A stretch of 64,000 nucleotides of DNA from assembly GCA_964016885.1 (NCBI GenBank), contig OZ024743.1, positions 125,426,001-125,490,000 of the forward strand, written 5' to 3'. Source of the DNA: Eledone cirrhosa. Lineage: Eukaryota. The position numbers and the translations under genes are program-made. A model generated the notes under the pieces. It was not told the origin of the DNA. It did no database searches and saw only the letters and a program-made list of their open reading frames with translations. The stretch's first letter is position 1. Each line of letters starts with the position of its first letter. This document shows positions 48,541 through 62,188 of the stretch, piece after piece.

Positions 48541-51500
48541 TTCATGGACACCCTCACTGAGATATTCTTTCATAATAGAGATTCTAGGACTTCTCCATAG
48601 CTGTACATTAATAATTATGTGAACTATTCTGACACTCTTAAAACTGCTTTAAACTTATATGAGAGCAGAAGACATTCAGTAAACTGGTTGGCTGTTTAAC
48701 TGATAATTGTTAAAGCTCTTTTTTCACACAACCTGTGAGAAGAGACACGGAGGAGCAAGAATTGTCATTGAAAATGTCACAGTGTGTGTGACAAAAGAGT
48801 TTAAACAATTAACAATTAAACATCTAACTAGTTAATAAATTAACTAATGAATGAATTACTCAACTAATTATAAACTGTAGTAAAACTCAACTGATGTGTG
48901 CATGTGTTTTGGGCAGAATGACGCTCCCAAAATATAACAATATCTGTTTCAACACACATTTTCACATCAAAAATCTTGCAAAACAAATACAAAAACGATG
49001 TTTATATGTATATGTATGTGTGTGTGTGTGCATATATATATTGAACATGTATATATATATATCATCATCATCATCAACGTTTAACGTCCGTGTTCCACGC
49101 TTGCATGGGTTTGGACGAGGGTAGTCCCACTTGAGGCAAGAGTGATTGTCTTGCTCGCATAGGACTGTCTGGCAGGTTTTCTACAGTTGGATGCCCTTCC
49201 TAACACCAACTACATTTACAGTGTGGGTCTGGGAGGTTTTTACCGTGTTGCCTACACGGCCACATTACAGCGTGGACTGTGTGTTTTTTTGTCGTGACAC
49301 CTACACGATCTCATTTGTTTCGGCCTGGATGGCGCGGCACCAACATAACTTTACATAGAACGGGGTGGTGGTGGTGGTGGGACGGGGTGTATTTTGTTAG
49401 AGATGCCTACTGGCTGGAGTAGGTTTTACTATATATTTAGGTAAGGCGGGTCTTCTCTGTTACTGAGTACCGCCAAAGGTCTCGGTCCAGTGACATTGTC
49501 TTGGAGAGGTGTAAGTGTGTGATGTCGGAGTTTATCAGCTCGTCCCAGGTTTTTCTAGGTCTGCCTATTCCGTGACTACCGTCTATCTTTATTGCCCTGC
49601 ACTTTGTTATACAGCTATCGACTTTCATGCGCATCACGTGTCCATACCAACGTAGCCTTCTCTCGAGTAAACAACATCTGATCCCTCTTATCTCTAATTT
49701 TTTCCTTAGTTCGTTTATGCTTTGCCGTTCACGTATATTACTGTTACACATCCAGCGGAGCATGCAAGCTTCGTTCCTCTCTAGTCTGCGTATATCCTCT
49801 GCACACAATGCCCAGGTCTCACTGCCATGCAGCATTGCTGTTCGTATGCAGGCATCGTACAACCTGCCTTTCATTTTTAGGGAGAACCCTTTAGCAGCTA
49901 ATAGTGGTATAAGCTCTCTGAACTATTTCCAACCAGTTCTGACTCTAGCTACAGTACTTTCAGAGCACCCTCCCCCACTGCTGATTTTATCGCCCAGGTA
50001 ACGGAAGCTGTCCACTATTTCTATAGAACCCTCTGCGCAATTGAAAGAGCTAGTATTTTGTGTGCACTTGCTGCTACTTATTGCACCAGAACACCGGCCA
50101 CATGTAAAATCTATGTTCTTAGTTAGCTTACCTGTGATCCCACTACATCTCTTATGCACCCATACTTTGCATTTAGGACATAAAATGGAGTTTCTACCTA
50201 CGCCTTTCCTACACACCGAGCACGACCATTTCCCAGAAGGGATCGCCGCCTTGTTTTCTTTCCTACAAACTAGAACTTTGGTCTTAGCCAGGTTAATTTT
50301 AAGTCCTTTTGACTCTAGGCCGTGCTTCCATGTTTGGAATTACTTCTCTAGCTCGGCCATTGATTCCGCTATGAGTGTCAGGTCGTCTGCGTATAGGAGT
50401 TCCCATGGGCAGCCTGTCTTGAACTCCTCTGTTATAGCCTGAAGGGCAATAATAAATAGTAGGGGGCTGAGAACAGAGCCCTGATGGACGCCAACTTTTA
50501 CGCTAAATTCTTCACTATATTCGTTGTTAATTCTAACCTTGCTGACTGTTTCTTTATACATGGCTTGTATAGCCCTCACAAGCCATTCGTCAACGCCTAG
50601 TTTTCTAAGAGCCCACCAGATAATGGAGCGGGGGACTCTGTCGAAGGCTTTCTCCAAGTCGACAAAAGCTAAGTAGAGGGGTTTACCTTTAGCTAGGTAC
50701 TTCTCCTGTAGTTGTCGTACTATGAAAAGAGCGTCTGTGGTACTTTTGCCTGACACAAACCTGAACTGCATTTCATCTAGGTCAATTCTCTCTCTGATTA
50801 GTTGCGCTATTACTTTTTCCGTGACCTTCATGACCTGGTCGATTAATTTAATGCCTCTATAGTTACTCCTATCTAGGGCGTCTCCTTTACCCTTATAACA
50901 GTTAACGATGATGCTGCTATGCCAGTCCTTCGGAACAACCCCATTCTGTACGACTTGGTTAACTATGCGGGTGACCATGGTGTGTCCCACCGTGCCAGAT
51001 GCCTTCAGCATCTCAGCAACTATTTCCGAAGGCCCAGCCGCCTTACCCGTCTTCATATCCTTGATTGCCTTACTTATTATACTCCCCTCGACTAACACTG
51101 CTGGTCCCTCTATTGGGTCGATATGGGGGAGACTGTCTTTCTCCCATTTATTCTCCTCATTTAGTAGCCTTTCATAGTGACACTTCCAAGCTACCTTCTT
51201 ATCAGCGTCGGTGATGGCAAGTGTGCCATCGTCGTTTAGTACACACTTCTCCCCGACAATATCACGGTTTTCCTTGACGCATTGCCTAGCAATCCTGAAC
51301 ACCTCATGTTTTTGGTCATCGCGTTGTAGAACATGCTTGAACTTTCTTTCCTCAGCTTCCCTTCTTGCTAAGTACACTTGTCTCCTAGCTTCCCTCCTGG
51401 CCACTTGATAGTCTTCTCTACTTCCCCCATCCCGCCATACTTTCCAAGCCTGCTTTTTGGCCTTAATTGACCCCTCCACCTTACTGTTCCACCACCATCT

Positions 51501-54500
51501 TACTCTCCTCCTGCCTACAGGCCTGCTCCAGCCACAGACTTCGTCTGTCGCCAACAGCAGGTTTGCTTTCAGAAATTCCCACTCTCCCTCTATATTGTCC
51601 GACTCTAAATGTTCTTCCTTACTGTCGAAAGCATCAAGTAATATGCTTTGAAATTTATTCCTGGCTGTGGGGTCCTTTAGCTTCCATATTTTTCTCCTGA
51701 GGATAGTCCTCTTCTGCTGTCGAGTACGTCTCGTCCTGACTATGAGGTCGCTAATTATCAGTCTATGTTGGGAGGTGCATTCTTCATGGGGGAGGGATTT
51801 AGTGTTTACAACAGACACTCTGTCACGTCTTCTGGTAAGGATATAATCTACCTGGCTTGTGTGTTCCCCGGATCTATAGGTGATCAGGTGATTGTCACGT
51901 TTTTTGAAGTTAGTGTTACAGATAGTTAGGTTATTTGCATCACAGAATTCCAGGATTCTGGAGCCTTCCTCATTTCTAGTACCAAATCCATAGCCTCCAT
52001 GGATTTCGTCGTAGCCGTCACAATGTTGTCCAACGTGACCATTTAGGTCGCCTGCAATAATTATATAGTCACTGTCGGATATTTGGGAGGTAGTTAGCAT
52101 CAGTGTCTCATAGAATCTGTCTTTTATAGTGCCGGGCAGTCCGGATTGGGGTGCGTACGCAGATATTACTGTCACCGTAGTTCTATTGAGGACAAGTCGT
52201 ATTTTAATTATTCTGTCGTTCACTCTATTTACGTCTATTATCTTATCTGCCCACTTTTCTGCTACCATGATTCCTACTCCACCCAGCCCATCGTCGTTTC
52301 CCACCCAGAAAAGCTTATAACATCGTTTTTTACCCTCAATGAACCTAGCAGACCCACCCCTCCACCTGGTCTCTTGAATACAACAAACATCGACCTCCTT
52401 ACGTTCAAGCATTTCTACAACCTCGTTAGCGCGACCCTTTAGGGAGCCTACATTTATGGTACCAACTCTGAAGTTTTGGATTGCGTTTGGGGGTTGGGGG
52501 CGGCGGGGGGCGATGGGGTTATGTTAGCCGTCCGCGGTCGAAACAATGAGGAGTGCTCGCATTCTCGTCCAAGAGGTGAATTTGTCTTTATCTTTGGCAT
52601 TGTCGCTGAGCGTCCAGATTTTTCTCTCTCTCTCCTCCACTCTCCAGGATTCCGCAGTCCATCCATCCATCATATATCGAAAGGCAACCAGGCAAGCGAT
52701 AGTATAGGCCTCTGGCTTCTGATTGGTCCGCGTAATAATACTGCTGATGCGTGGGGGCTCTGGCTTATGATTGGTCCACGTAATAGCAGTGGTGGTGCGT
52801 GGGGGAGGGGTGTTGGGTAGCTAGATAGGAGGTAATGATTGAACATGTATGTGTGTTACATATATTAGATCTTCAACTAAATGAAATACGATTAATTTTC
52901 AATGAAGAAATAAAATATTGCTTTACATCAACTAATCTTGGTGAAAAGTGTCTTAACTCTTTCATTACTAAACAATCTGATAGAGGCTCTGGTTCTATGA
53001 AACAAAACCACCCATTTTAAATGGTTCCTATTTAAATTAAATTTCCAAACATAATTTGATATATGAACCATATGTTAAATTACTATCTTAATAATGAAAT
53101 AATTAATAAAATTTCTCAAGAGTGTTCATTAATCAATTGAAATAAAACATTTCATTAGAAATACAGTAATTATGGGTTGGAGGCATTTTTGTGCTTGGAA
53201 CATAAAAAAAAAAAATACAGTGAACACAAACATATAAAGTCTAAAGTCTGTCGTAAGCCATTTAAGGCTCGCTATGCTGGTGCTTATCTCGGTTTCGTGG
53301 TGTGAAGCGACTGAAAGTACAAAACTTCCCCCTGGACAGGACTCCAGTCCATCCCAGCTACTGCTGGTACTGGTACTCATTTTCAGCTGAGTATACTGGA
53401 GCAACGTGAAATGAAGTGTTTTTCTTAAGAACAGAGCACGCAATGCAGCCCAGGAATTGAACCCACGACATTATGATCATACCACTAGCCCTCGCGCTTC
53501 CACAAACTTAAACATGCAGTGGAAAAATAAAAATAATATATTAGTTGATGACTGATGTAATATTTTTTTCATTACAAATATGGACATTTCACTCTCATTA
53601 GGAATCTTCACTAGAACTATAATATATACCTGCTGAATCTGGATGTTTTTGTTTGGGATTGAATGATAGCAGTCTTTTCCTTAAAACTGAATCACAATGA
53701 AGATGCCAGGGATATCAGATGAGATATAAATCGTTTTTTGAATAGAAAAACAAAATATTCTTAGAAATATTGGTTTCTTACTCATGCAAAATGGTTGAAT
53801 TTTTGGGGGGATTGGACTAAATACCTTAGTATTTGTTCTGGCTTACTAAAAAACCCTCCGAGGTCAACTTTACCTTTCATCCTTCCGGGGTGGATAAATG
53901 AAGTACCACTCCCGTACTGGAGTCAATTCATCATTATCATCATCATCATTTTACGCCAGCTTTTCCTTGCTTGCAAGGGTGGGATAAGTCCTTTTCAGTG
54001 CAGCATCTCTCCATTCGTCATGCTCCTTCATCATCTCTTCTGTCAGCTCTCACCACCTCCGCCCATGTTTTTCATGGTCTTCCTCTACTGCGTCTTCCTT
54101 CTACTGGGATTTCTTGGCACTTCTTCACCCAACGGTCATCTTCCATGCACATCACATGGCCATACTAACACAGTCTTCTCTCCCGCACACTACAGTTTAT
54201 CCCTCTTATACACAGTTTCACTCTTCTTCTATATTTCTTTCTCATTTCCTCTATCTCTCTCCCTCTGCGAAAAATTCAGCTGTGTTCTTATCTGGAGAAA
54301 GATGGGTTCCATCAGTCAAGTCAATCATTACCTAAACAACTTTCAGATTATGGTAGCCAAATGAATATGTTGTTATGACTCACATCTGCATAGGTTTACC
54401 TGACTTTTTATGAGGTTTTAGCTGATAGGAGGTATCTAGTGGTCCTTGTCCCATCATGTTACAATTTTTATGGTAACAGAAGGCAGAATTTGAACAGAGA

Positions 54501-57500
54501 ATGCAGAATACCAGAACAGAAAGCAATGCTCTAATAATTCCATCAATTCACTGCCCCGAATTAGTAATTTATCAACCCCAAGAGGGTGAAAGGCACAATT
54601 TGAACTCAGAATATAGAGATCTAGAATAAATATGACATGGTGTTTCATCCAATGTTCTAATGACACTGCCAGTTGACCACCTTATTTGAATGATCATCTA
54701 TGGGTATTATTTATGTCTGTGTGGTGTATATTTAACGTATGTGTGTTTATTATATGTATAATTGTATAAGGGCGGTGGAATGGCAGTATCGGTAGAGGGT
54801 CGGATGCCATGCTTTGACGCATAGAGTTACGGCCCTTGCCATTCTGAGTTCAAATCCCGCCGAGGTTAACTTTACCTTTCATCCTTACGGGGTCGATAAA
54901 ATAAAGTACCAGTAATGTACCGGGTAATTGCTGGCCTTGTGCCAAAAGTAGAAACAATTATATCTATAATTGTATATTATGAATATTATTTCTATGAATA
55001 TAGGCGGTGGATTGGCAGTATCGGTAGAGGGTCGGATGCCATGCTTTCCAGCATAGTTACGTCCCTTAACGATCTGAGTTCAAATCCCGCTGAGGTTGAC
55101 TTTGCCTTTCATCCTTACGGGGTCGATAAAATAAAGTACCAGTAATGCACTGGGTAATTGCTGGCCTTGTGCCAAAAAGTAGAAACAATTATTTCTATGA
55201 ATATTGATTATATTGTATGTTGTGTTATTTTTGTGAAGTTCTGTTTTATAATGAAGATTGAGATCACCGTAAATAGTATTACAGTATTTATAAGAAAGGT
55301 TAGTGTAGCTAGAAGAAAATAAACACTGTTTTCATTGAGTGGTTAAAGTATTAATGATATACATTATCATCAAACTTTTTAACATCTATTTTTATATGCT
55401 AGCATAGGTCAGATGAATCAATTGTACAGAACATCACCATTTATTGTGTCTTATTATATTGGAAACCCAGAATCCTAAAATCTGACCTCACCACTTTTTC
55501 CCATGTTTTCTATTGTCACCTTCCATAGTTACCTTTCACATGACATTACAGAATACTCATTGTCTATTCACATCACATATCCATACTTGGGTGCTAGACA
55601 TAAACTGCCCAATTCATCCAATAGATTTCCATACAATTACCGTCTACCCAAATTCTTTCTCAAGATTATGGTAAATAGAGTGGCCCAAGATGCCAAGTTG
55701 TGGGACCAAACCCAGGATCTCATGATTGTGAAACAAACTTCTTAATCACTCAGCCAAGCCCCATCCACATCTGATGTGAATAGATAAATGCTTGTTTAAA
55801 ATACCTAAATCATGAAATTTGTGTTAGATTTGAAAAATAATGAAACAATATTTCTAAATGAAATAATAATCTTAAAAGTTATTTTAATTATTATATATAT
55901 ATATTTTTTTTGTTTTAAAGGTTTTAAGTTAATATTAACTACTGGGTTATGGTTGGGTTAGGAACTTTTAAGTAAATATTTGAATATATATATATATATA
56001 AGTAATACAGAAGACCCGACTTCCCACGGGTACAAGCCGAAGCTGAAGCATATAGACAATATGCCCCCATCCCCCTCCCACTGCAAAGTGGTCGTGGAGG
56101 TGCCATGGCAAAAAAGCACCCAGACCACACTGTAAAGTGGTCCTGTAGGCGCCACAGGAAAAAAGCACCCAGCACTCACTGTAAATGAGGTTGGTGTTAG
56201 GAAGGGCATCCAGCTGTAGAAATCAAGCCAGAATCAGTTCCCATATGAGCAAGACAAGGTCAGCTTACCAGACACTGCCCACAACAGGACAACCCGTCTA
56301 ACCCATGCTAGCGTGAAAGAACGGACATAAAACGGTGATGATGATGATGATGATGATAAATATATATTTTAAAAATTGTTATTCATACTAGCCCAGCCTA
56401 TATTATAAACCTATTTGTCATAGCCACTGTTAATTATTCCACTGTTAATTATTAAGTAATCTTTCCAATGCATTCTCATGAAAAGTTTGTCATGCTGATA
56501 TGATCTTTATTATTATACAGTATCGGTAGAGGGTTGGACGCCATGTTTTCTAGCATAGTTACGTCCCTTTACAGTCTGAGTTCAAATCCCGCCGAGGTTA
56601 ACTTTGCCTTTCATCCTCACGGCGTCGATAAAATTAAGTACCAGTAATGTACTGGGTCATTGCTGGCCTTGTGCCTAAAGTAGAAACAATTATTATATTT
56701 GTCTCATAATTGAAATAATTTCTAATTAATATCTAGTCGAAAACTAAAGAACCGTGAAAAGCAACCTGAGAAATTACCTATGCCGATGGATCATCCATTA
56801 AGAATTATACCGCCTAAGAAGATGGAAAATTTCAACAGTGTCAAATTAGCCATTGGTCAGTATCTCTCTATGTTGCTTTATTTCATTTCAGCTAGTTTGG
56901 AATAATATTAATAATGATGCTCTCTTTTATTTTACATTATTTTATGCCTTAAGTCAGAGGAGGAAGGACAGTGCCATGGCCTTACCACAGAGCCTCCAAG
57001 ATTGGTTGAGGAAAGGAAGGAAGAAGACACAATTTATGGGGTATCTTCAAACAAGAAACCTGATCTGAATGCTTGTAACAGAGTGCTCTACTAAAAGCAC
57101 CTGAGGACCAGTTGGGGGTGTTAAACTGGGCAATTGATTAAGTTTACCACCAATTATAAGTACAAGAAGGCTATGCTTTGTTGAGGAGGTCAAAATAAGT
57201 CTGAAATATGTCCAAAATTGTCTTCCATACTTGATAAAATAATGACAATATTACTAGGCAGTCTGAGTTCAAATCTCGCCGAGGTTAACTTTGCCTTTCA
57301 TTCTTACGAGGTCGATAAAATAAAGTACCAGTAATGCACTGGATAATTGCTGGCCTTGTTCCAAACGTAGAAACAATTATTTTTTCAATGAGTACTTATT
57401 TTTATTTAGTTTTTCCATACTCTATGCATTAAATTAACTTATTATATACTTGGATTTGGGTAAAGATGTTTTGTTAATATAGACAATATTTTGAATTAAG

Positions 57501-60500
57501 ATTAATAGTTGTGATGTGTGTAATTAGTTTCAATGAAGATATCATAAAAGTTATAACAACAAAAATGGTAGAAATGTAAGTATATAGAAGAGGACTGCAT
57601 GTTGCTTTAAAAGTTATGTTGCTTTCAAGTTGGTAAATCCTTTTGTGCAAGGAATCAAAATGACTAGTTGCAGTTCAGGAGGCTAGAAAGCTTACAATGC
57701 ACAACTTCTGCAATTCTTGGTTTTTACTGCCATGGACACCTTTCATTTAAATTTTCCCACAAACAATTATGCCACCCACCCTCCACCAGATTGTTATAAG
57801 GTGAGAGTAACAATCGAAAGAGAGAAATGTTTGTACTTGGAGAACAATGGATACCCAATAGTGTGTGTATATTATGTTTTTAACAAAGTACTTGAAATTT
57901 TGAAATTAGTTCACAGACTCCCAGTACTAGCTTTGCCAACCTCCAAGAGTCTGTGAACCCCAGGCTAGAAACCAACACCATTCTAGATCAACACATTCTT
58001 CTTGGAGTTTTCTCACTGGAAATATTATCTGTGTGATTTCATATCCTATACAAATTGAAATTTTATTCTGCTTAGTTTATTTCTTTTACACTCGTATTTT
58101 CCCTTAACAGAAGATTATAAGGAAAATTTCAAACTTAAAATATCAGTGTAATATCTATGAAAGTGTAGTTTTGGTTTGTCCACTACAAGATATTTAATTT
58201 AACTTGATGATAAAATTATTAAAACATTCTCACTTACAAACTAAAACTGATTCTTTCTTTGCTTATTATATTCTTTGTTTAAATCAAGTAATATTTCTAG
58301 GAAACATATGACTGCCACAAGTTTGATGATTGTCAATATTACCACAAGCGAGAAAATCCATCACTGTTTTCTAATTTCTCTAATTCTTCTTATGATTATT
58401 GTTTTATTTTTCTCAGTTGTTTGAATATGTTGTGTTTATCTATCTACTACTAGGACCTCAGCCCCACTGTGGCTCAGGCTGTATCTTTGGACGGAAGCCT
58501 AAATTTATTAAGGACATCAAAATATCAAAAGAGAAATAGTAGTCTGTATCAACAATATTTTATATAAGAGCACTGAATTTCTGCATATTTTTCTGTTCCA
58601 TGAATTTTGAAAGCAACTTCACACACATTTGAATAAGCTTTGATTGCATTTTACTTTAAAAATAATCATAACAACAACAATTATATGTAAAATATATACT
58701 GTCTTCTACATAGATACCTGTATTTATATAGATGTACACTCTGCAAAGTGACTGGCATAAGGAAGGACATCCAGTTGTAGAAACTTAGCCAAAAAATTGG
58801 GTAGAGAAATATAGGGTTATTGAAAAAAATTAAATTTTAGTTAAAACTTTCATAATTGTATTTTTAATGAAATATGCCCTATTTCAATAAATAATGAAGA
58901 TTTTGGAGGGATTTATTGAAATTATCAATTATTTCATTACTAAGATGACATTATGGTTCTTATATAAAATGTTAGAAGATTTTATTTTAAATAGGAACCC
59001 TTTAAAATGGATTGCTCTGTTTCATAGAACCAGAGCCATGTTGGTATCAAAAGGGTTAAACATATAAAACTCAGGTGATATAAAGTTATGTGATGGAAAG
59101 GAAGTAAAAAGGAAAAGAATTGTTTTCCAGAAAATGAAGTAATGGCATGTAATGAAGTAATGGCATGTAATGAAGTAATTTGTCTTAATCAACAATGAAA
59201 TTATTGATGAAATGAACAAAAAGTAGACAGGCTGGAAAGAAGCCATTTTACAAGCCAGCCATGCATAAAACCCTTCAAGTGAAGCATAAATGTTTATGTA
59301 TTTCATCATTTATTTTTTACATCTGCTTTCCATGCTGGCATGAGTTGGTGAGGTTGTTACAGTCCAAATCTGTTCTTATTTGAAGTTACTATCCTTCTCG
59401 ACAGGTTAGAGGATCACAACTCATGTTCCATATTTGGCATGGTCTACATGGCTGGTTGCCCTTCCTAACACTAACTATTTTACAAGGTGTATTGGGTGCA
59501 TATTACCATGATATTAGTACTAAAGCAGTTGACATGTCCTTTGTTGTTTCACTTCGATCACCAACCACTTTACAGTGTGCACTAGGTGCATTTTATGATA
59601 ACATCAGCACTAGTGAGGTTGTCTTGAAGCTTGCTAGATTATAGAATACTCACTATGCAAGCATTATTTCCATTTATTCGAGCACATTTCATTTTCATTC
59701 TATACTTATCCTTTCAATATACTCAGAAAATTAATTTAAAACAAAACTAACTACCAAAGAACGCTTTCATATCCATAATGAGCAGCTATTATACTGTGTG
59801 TATCTGGTTTTGAATAGGTAAACCATATTTCTACGTATAAGCAGTGAATTAGTAGTGCTGTTAGAACTTTGAATAGAATGCTTTGTGGTATTCATTCTGC
59901 CTCTCAATGCACAGAGTTCAAAACCCACAAAGGTCAACTTTGCCTTTCATCCTTTCAAGGTTGATAAAAAAAACAAGTACCAATCCAATACTAGGGTTGA
60001 TTTTACCTCTATATCTGTTTTTCACTTCTCTCTATCACTCACGTTTCTTCTTTGGAGGAAATTAGATGTGTTCACACCTGGAGAGGGGATGGGCTTTGCC
60101 AGGTTAAAAAAATGTTTAAGTCATGCCATATGCCACTACAGCACCCCTTTGATTCTATCCAGAGTTATGGGTCCATACATACAATGTTATGTATCATAAA
60201 AGGTGACAAAAAGTTGGTGCCAAGAAGGGCATTTGACTTTAGGACATCACCTCAAAATGACCCTATGATGAGTATGAAGCCTATTAGCAGCTCCGGGACA
60301 AATGGCTTTAGAACACTTCTCCTTCTTGTTTTGCTGTTGTTGTTGTTGTTGTTGTTGTGTTGTTGTTGTAATGGACTGTTATTACACCCTTTGCTCTTAA
60401 TAGGCCACATTAGGCAACAGAATGTGAAGTTCCTTTCTGGTTTTATCACCAACTTCATTATAACCATCTTTAGTCATATCACTATTTGTCCCACATTACT

Positions 60501-60843
60501 ACCACATGTTTGAGTGTCAACCTACGGAGATATCATTTATTCACATTTTTCAAATTTTTTGCATGTCTCTTTATATATATATTTCTATTAATAACTTTTA
60601 AGTGTTATTCTACATAAAACGTAGCAACTGTTGAGTCTATCATCTTTCTTCTGCACATTGTTTTTTTGTGTGTTTCTACAAATTATTATGTCATATCAGG
60701 TGAGTATTGTTAATCTATGTGTTCTTATAATCAATAATGAATATTTCCAAACATACACATATATACTCATACATAAAGACGCTTACAAATATACAAATAT
60801 GCTTATATATACACAAACATATGCTCTCCCTAAACATACATGC

Positions 60844-60894
<51 letters not shown>

Positions 60895-61090
60895 TGCCAT
60901 GCACACATACATATTCCTAATATATACATATATAACTATAAGTGGATGACTAGATACACACACAGAAATAACAATTAAGTATGTACATGCAAAATATTTA
61001 AGGTATGTAAATTTATTTTTTCACATTAATTATATTGTTTCTTTGTTGTTTGCATGCTTTTTCTGTTTATATATACTATCAGTTAAGAAG

Positions 61091-61124
<34 letters not shown>

Positions 61125-61818
61125 GTATACAGTAATATATGAGGTTATAGTGTAATAGTTCATTATTTTCATTGGTAAGATGAGTTAAGCTCATAGCAAT
61201 GTATAAATAAATAATAATAATAATAGTAATTGTTGGTCTTATTGCCGGATGGCTGAAACAGGTAAAAGAGTAAAAGAGTAATCATCATCATCATCATCAG
61301 CGTCGAACATTATGCTTCACAGCATAGAGTTACGGCCCTTTACGGTCTGAGTTCAAATCCCACCAATGTTAACTTTGCCTTTCATCCTTACGGGGGTCAA
61401 TAAAATAAAGTACCAGTAATGCACTGGGATAATTGCTGGCCTTGTGCCAAAAGTAGGAACAATTATTATATATGGGTGGACGGTTGACAGAATCATTAGA
61501 TTGTCAGACAAAATACTTTGCTGTATTTATTACATCTCTTTACATTCTGAATTGTAATGGTTAACTTAGGCTTTCCTAAGGTCAACTTAGCCTTTCCTTC
61601 TTCTGAGGGTCAATAAAATAAAGTACTTTATTTTGTATATATATTGCAATCAGCCTAATCAACTGTTCACTCCTTCCCCAAAATTGCTGGCCTTGTGCCT
61701 AAATTAGAAGCCATTATTATATTATTTTGTAATGTTTTGTCTTTCAGAATCGTACCATACTCAAATAACAAACCGAGGATATTATCGCAAACCTGATGGC
61801 GGGTTTTTCTCTACATAA
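38193..61818 (+). CDS. CFAP276: Cilia- and flagella-associated protein 276 (C1orf194 orthologue), 4 coding exons, 164 aa
   Basis: Exons 38193-38273, 47832-48055, 56737-56855 and 61748-61818 join in frame (phases 0, 2, 1) with GT-AG introns. N-terminal RDPYPFP..END, central [19 protein letters not shown] and C-terminal [16 protein letters not shown] match C1orf194 as recalled (…TNGGYSRKKDGGFFST). Confidence 0.93.
40290..40660 (-). mobile_element. RTE family-2 LINE 3' fragment
   Basis: ORF 40319..40603 [18 protein letters not shown]. Confidence 0.8.
41939..42146. mobile_element. piggyBac-like MITE (same family, inverted; shorter copy at about 41554-41658)
   Basis: TTAA|CTCTTTAGCATT...AATGCTAAAGGG|TTAA; reverse complement of 18860-19058. 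Confidence 0.75.
43901..43966. repeat. (TA)n microsatellite
   Basis: Directly visible; similar tracts occur throughout the window. Confidence 0.97.
44843..46005 (-). mobile_element. 5'-truncated, internally deleted RTE family-1 LINE
   Basis: [14 protein letters not shown] (45841..46005), ORF 45167..45658, (GAT)n tail at about 44843. Confidence 0.92.
46495..46851. repeat. Perfect palindrome, 177-bp arms with a 3-nt loop
   Basis: 46495-46671 is the reverse complement of 46675-46851; loop CTT. Confidence 0.95.
47596..47660. repeat. (CTT)n microsatellite
   Basis: Directly visible. Confidence 0.97.
47832..48055 (+). CDS. CFAP276: CFAP276 exon 2 (VSHPSK...[16 protein letters not shown]...SEHQ)
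   Basis: ttttcag| acceptor, |gtatat donor, lies within ORF 47742..48143. Confidence 0.94.
48150..48899. repeat. Fold-back element with interrupted left arm
   Basis: 48150-48219 plus 48680-48731 are the imperfect reverse complement of 48784-48899. Confidence 0.7.
48220..48400 (+). mobile_element. Decayed CRE-type 3' fragment
   Basis: [10 protein letters not shown]...LFQRVS..I..GN motif. Confidence 0.65.
49061..52830 (-). mobile_element. Near full-length RTE-clade LINE (family 1)
   Basis: ORFs 50340..52412, 49923..50216 and 49437..49874 are in one frame, broken only by two stops; APE ([33 protein letters not shown]), RT ([23 protein letters not shown]); 3' UTR ends in (GAT)n. Confidence 0.95.
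49437..52480 (-). pseudogene. RTE APE-RT ORF with two premature stops (50340-50342 and 49923-49925)
   Basis: All three ORF pieces share one reading frame; a Cys-rich CSVC..CPKC..H..C..CGRC segment follows YADD. Confidence 0.9.
53928..54215 (-). mobile_element. RTE 3' fragment
   Basis: Reverse complement matches the 62800-63108 segment; (GAT)n tail. Confidence 0.75.
54770..55192 (+). mobile_element. Two tandem copies of SINE family B (about 190 bp each); many more copies at about 11950, 18220, 37520, 39617, 39933, 41672, 44372, 56518, 57262, 61305 and 61475
   Basis: A box TGGCAGTATCGG, B box GAGTTCAAATCC, core GCCTTTCATCCTTACGGGGTCGATAAAATAAAGTACCAG, end GCCTTGTGCCAAAAGTAGAAACAATTA. Confidence 0.85.
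56000..56356 (+). mobile_element. RTE family-1 3' UTR fragment
   Basis: Matches 44843-45185 in reverse; ends in (GAT)n. Confidence 0.8.
56737..56855 (+). CDS. CFAP276: CFAP276 exon 3 ([39 protein letters not shown])
   Basis: tag| acceptor, |gtcagt donor, phases 2 and 1 fit neighbouring exons. Confidence 0.88.
61748..61818 (+). CDS. CFAP276: CFAP276 exon 4 ([23 protein letters not shown])
   Basis: ctttcag| acceptor, TAA at 61816-61818. Confidence 0.95.
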
Positions 61819-61957
61819 CACATTTTGAAATTCAGTTCTGTACAACTACAGATATCAGAATAATTTCAAATTATTTCTTCAACCGAAACATATCTTACTT
61901 TCCAGGGAAAATATAACATTCAAAGTAAAATGTTATTTGGATAGAGGCTTAAATTGG

Positions 61958-61963
61958 AATAAA
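61958..61963 (+). terminator. Candidate polyadenylation signal of CFAP276
   Basis: AATAAA 140 nt after the stop codon; the region is AT-rich so a chance match is possible. Confidence 0.45.
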
Positions 61964-62188
61964 ATACAATTTTATACAATGAAATGAAATACTATAGACA
62001 TTATATTTTACTGAAATTTTATTCTTGTCCTCCTCCTCTTTCAATCTTTTCTATATTTCATCTACCTGTCACTCACCTTGTGGATTGTCTCTCTGTTGAC
62101 CACTGGCCACTGGTCTCTATCCTCTGAGGCATTTTTGCTAATCACTGTCTTTGACAGCATTTAGTTGTTTTAACAGCTGTTTTAGCGA

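Noticed and set aside
60052-60513. 153-aa ORF in CFAP276 intron 3
   Set aside because: Partly (TTG)n repeat, no recognisable domain, and the CFAP276 frame is complete without it.
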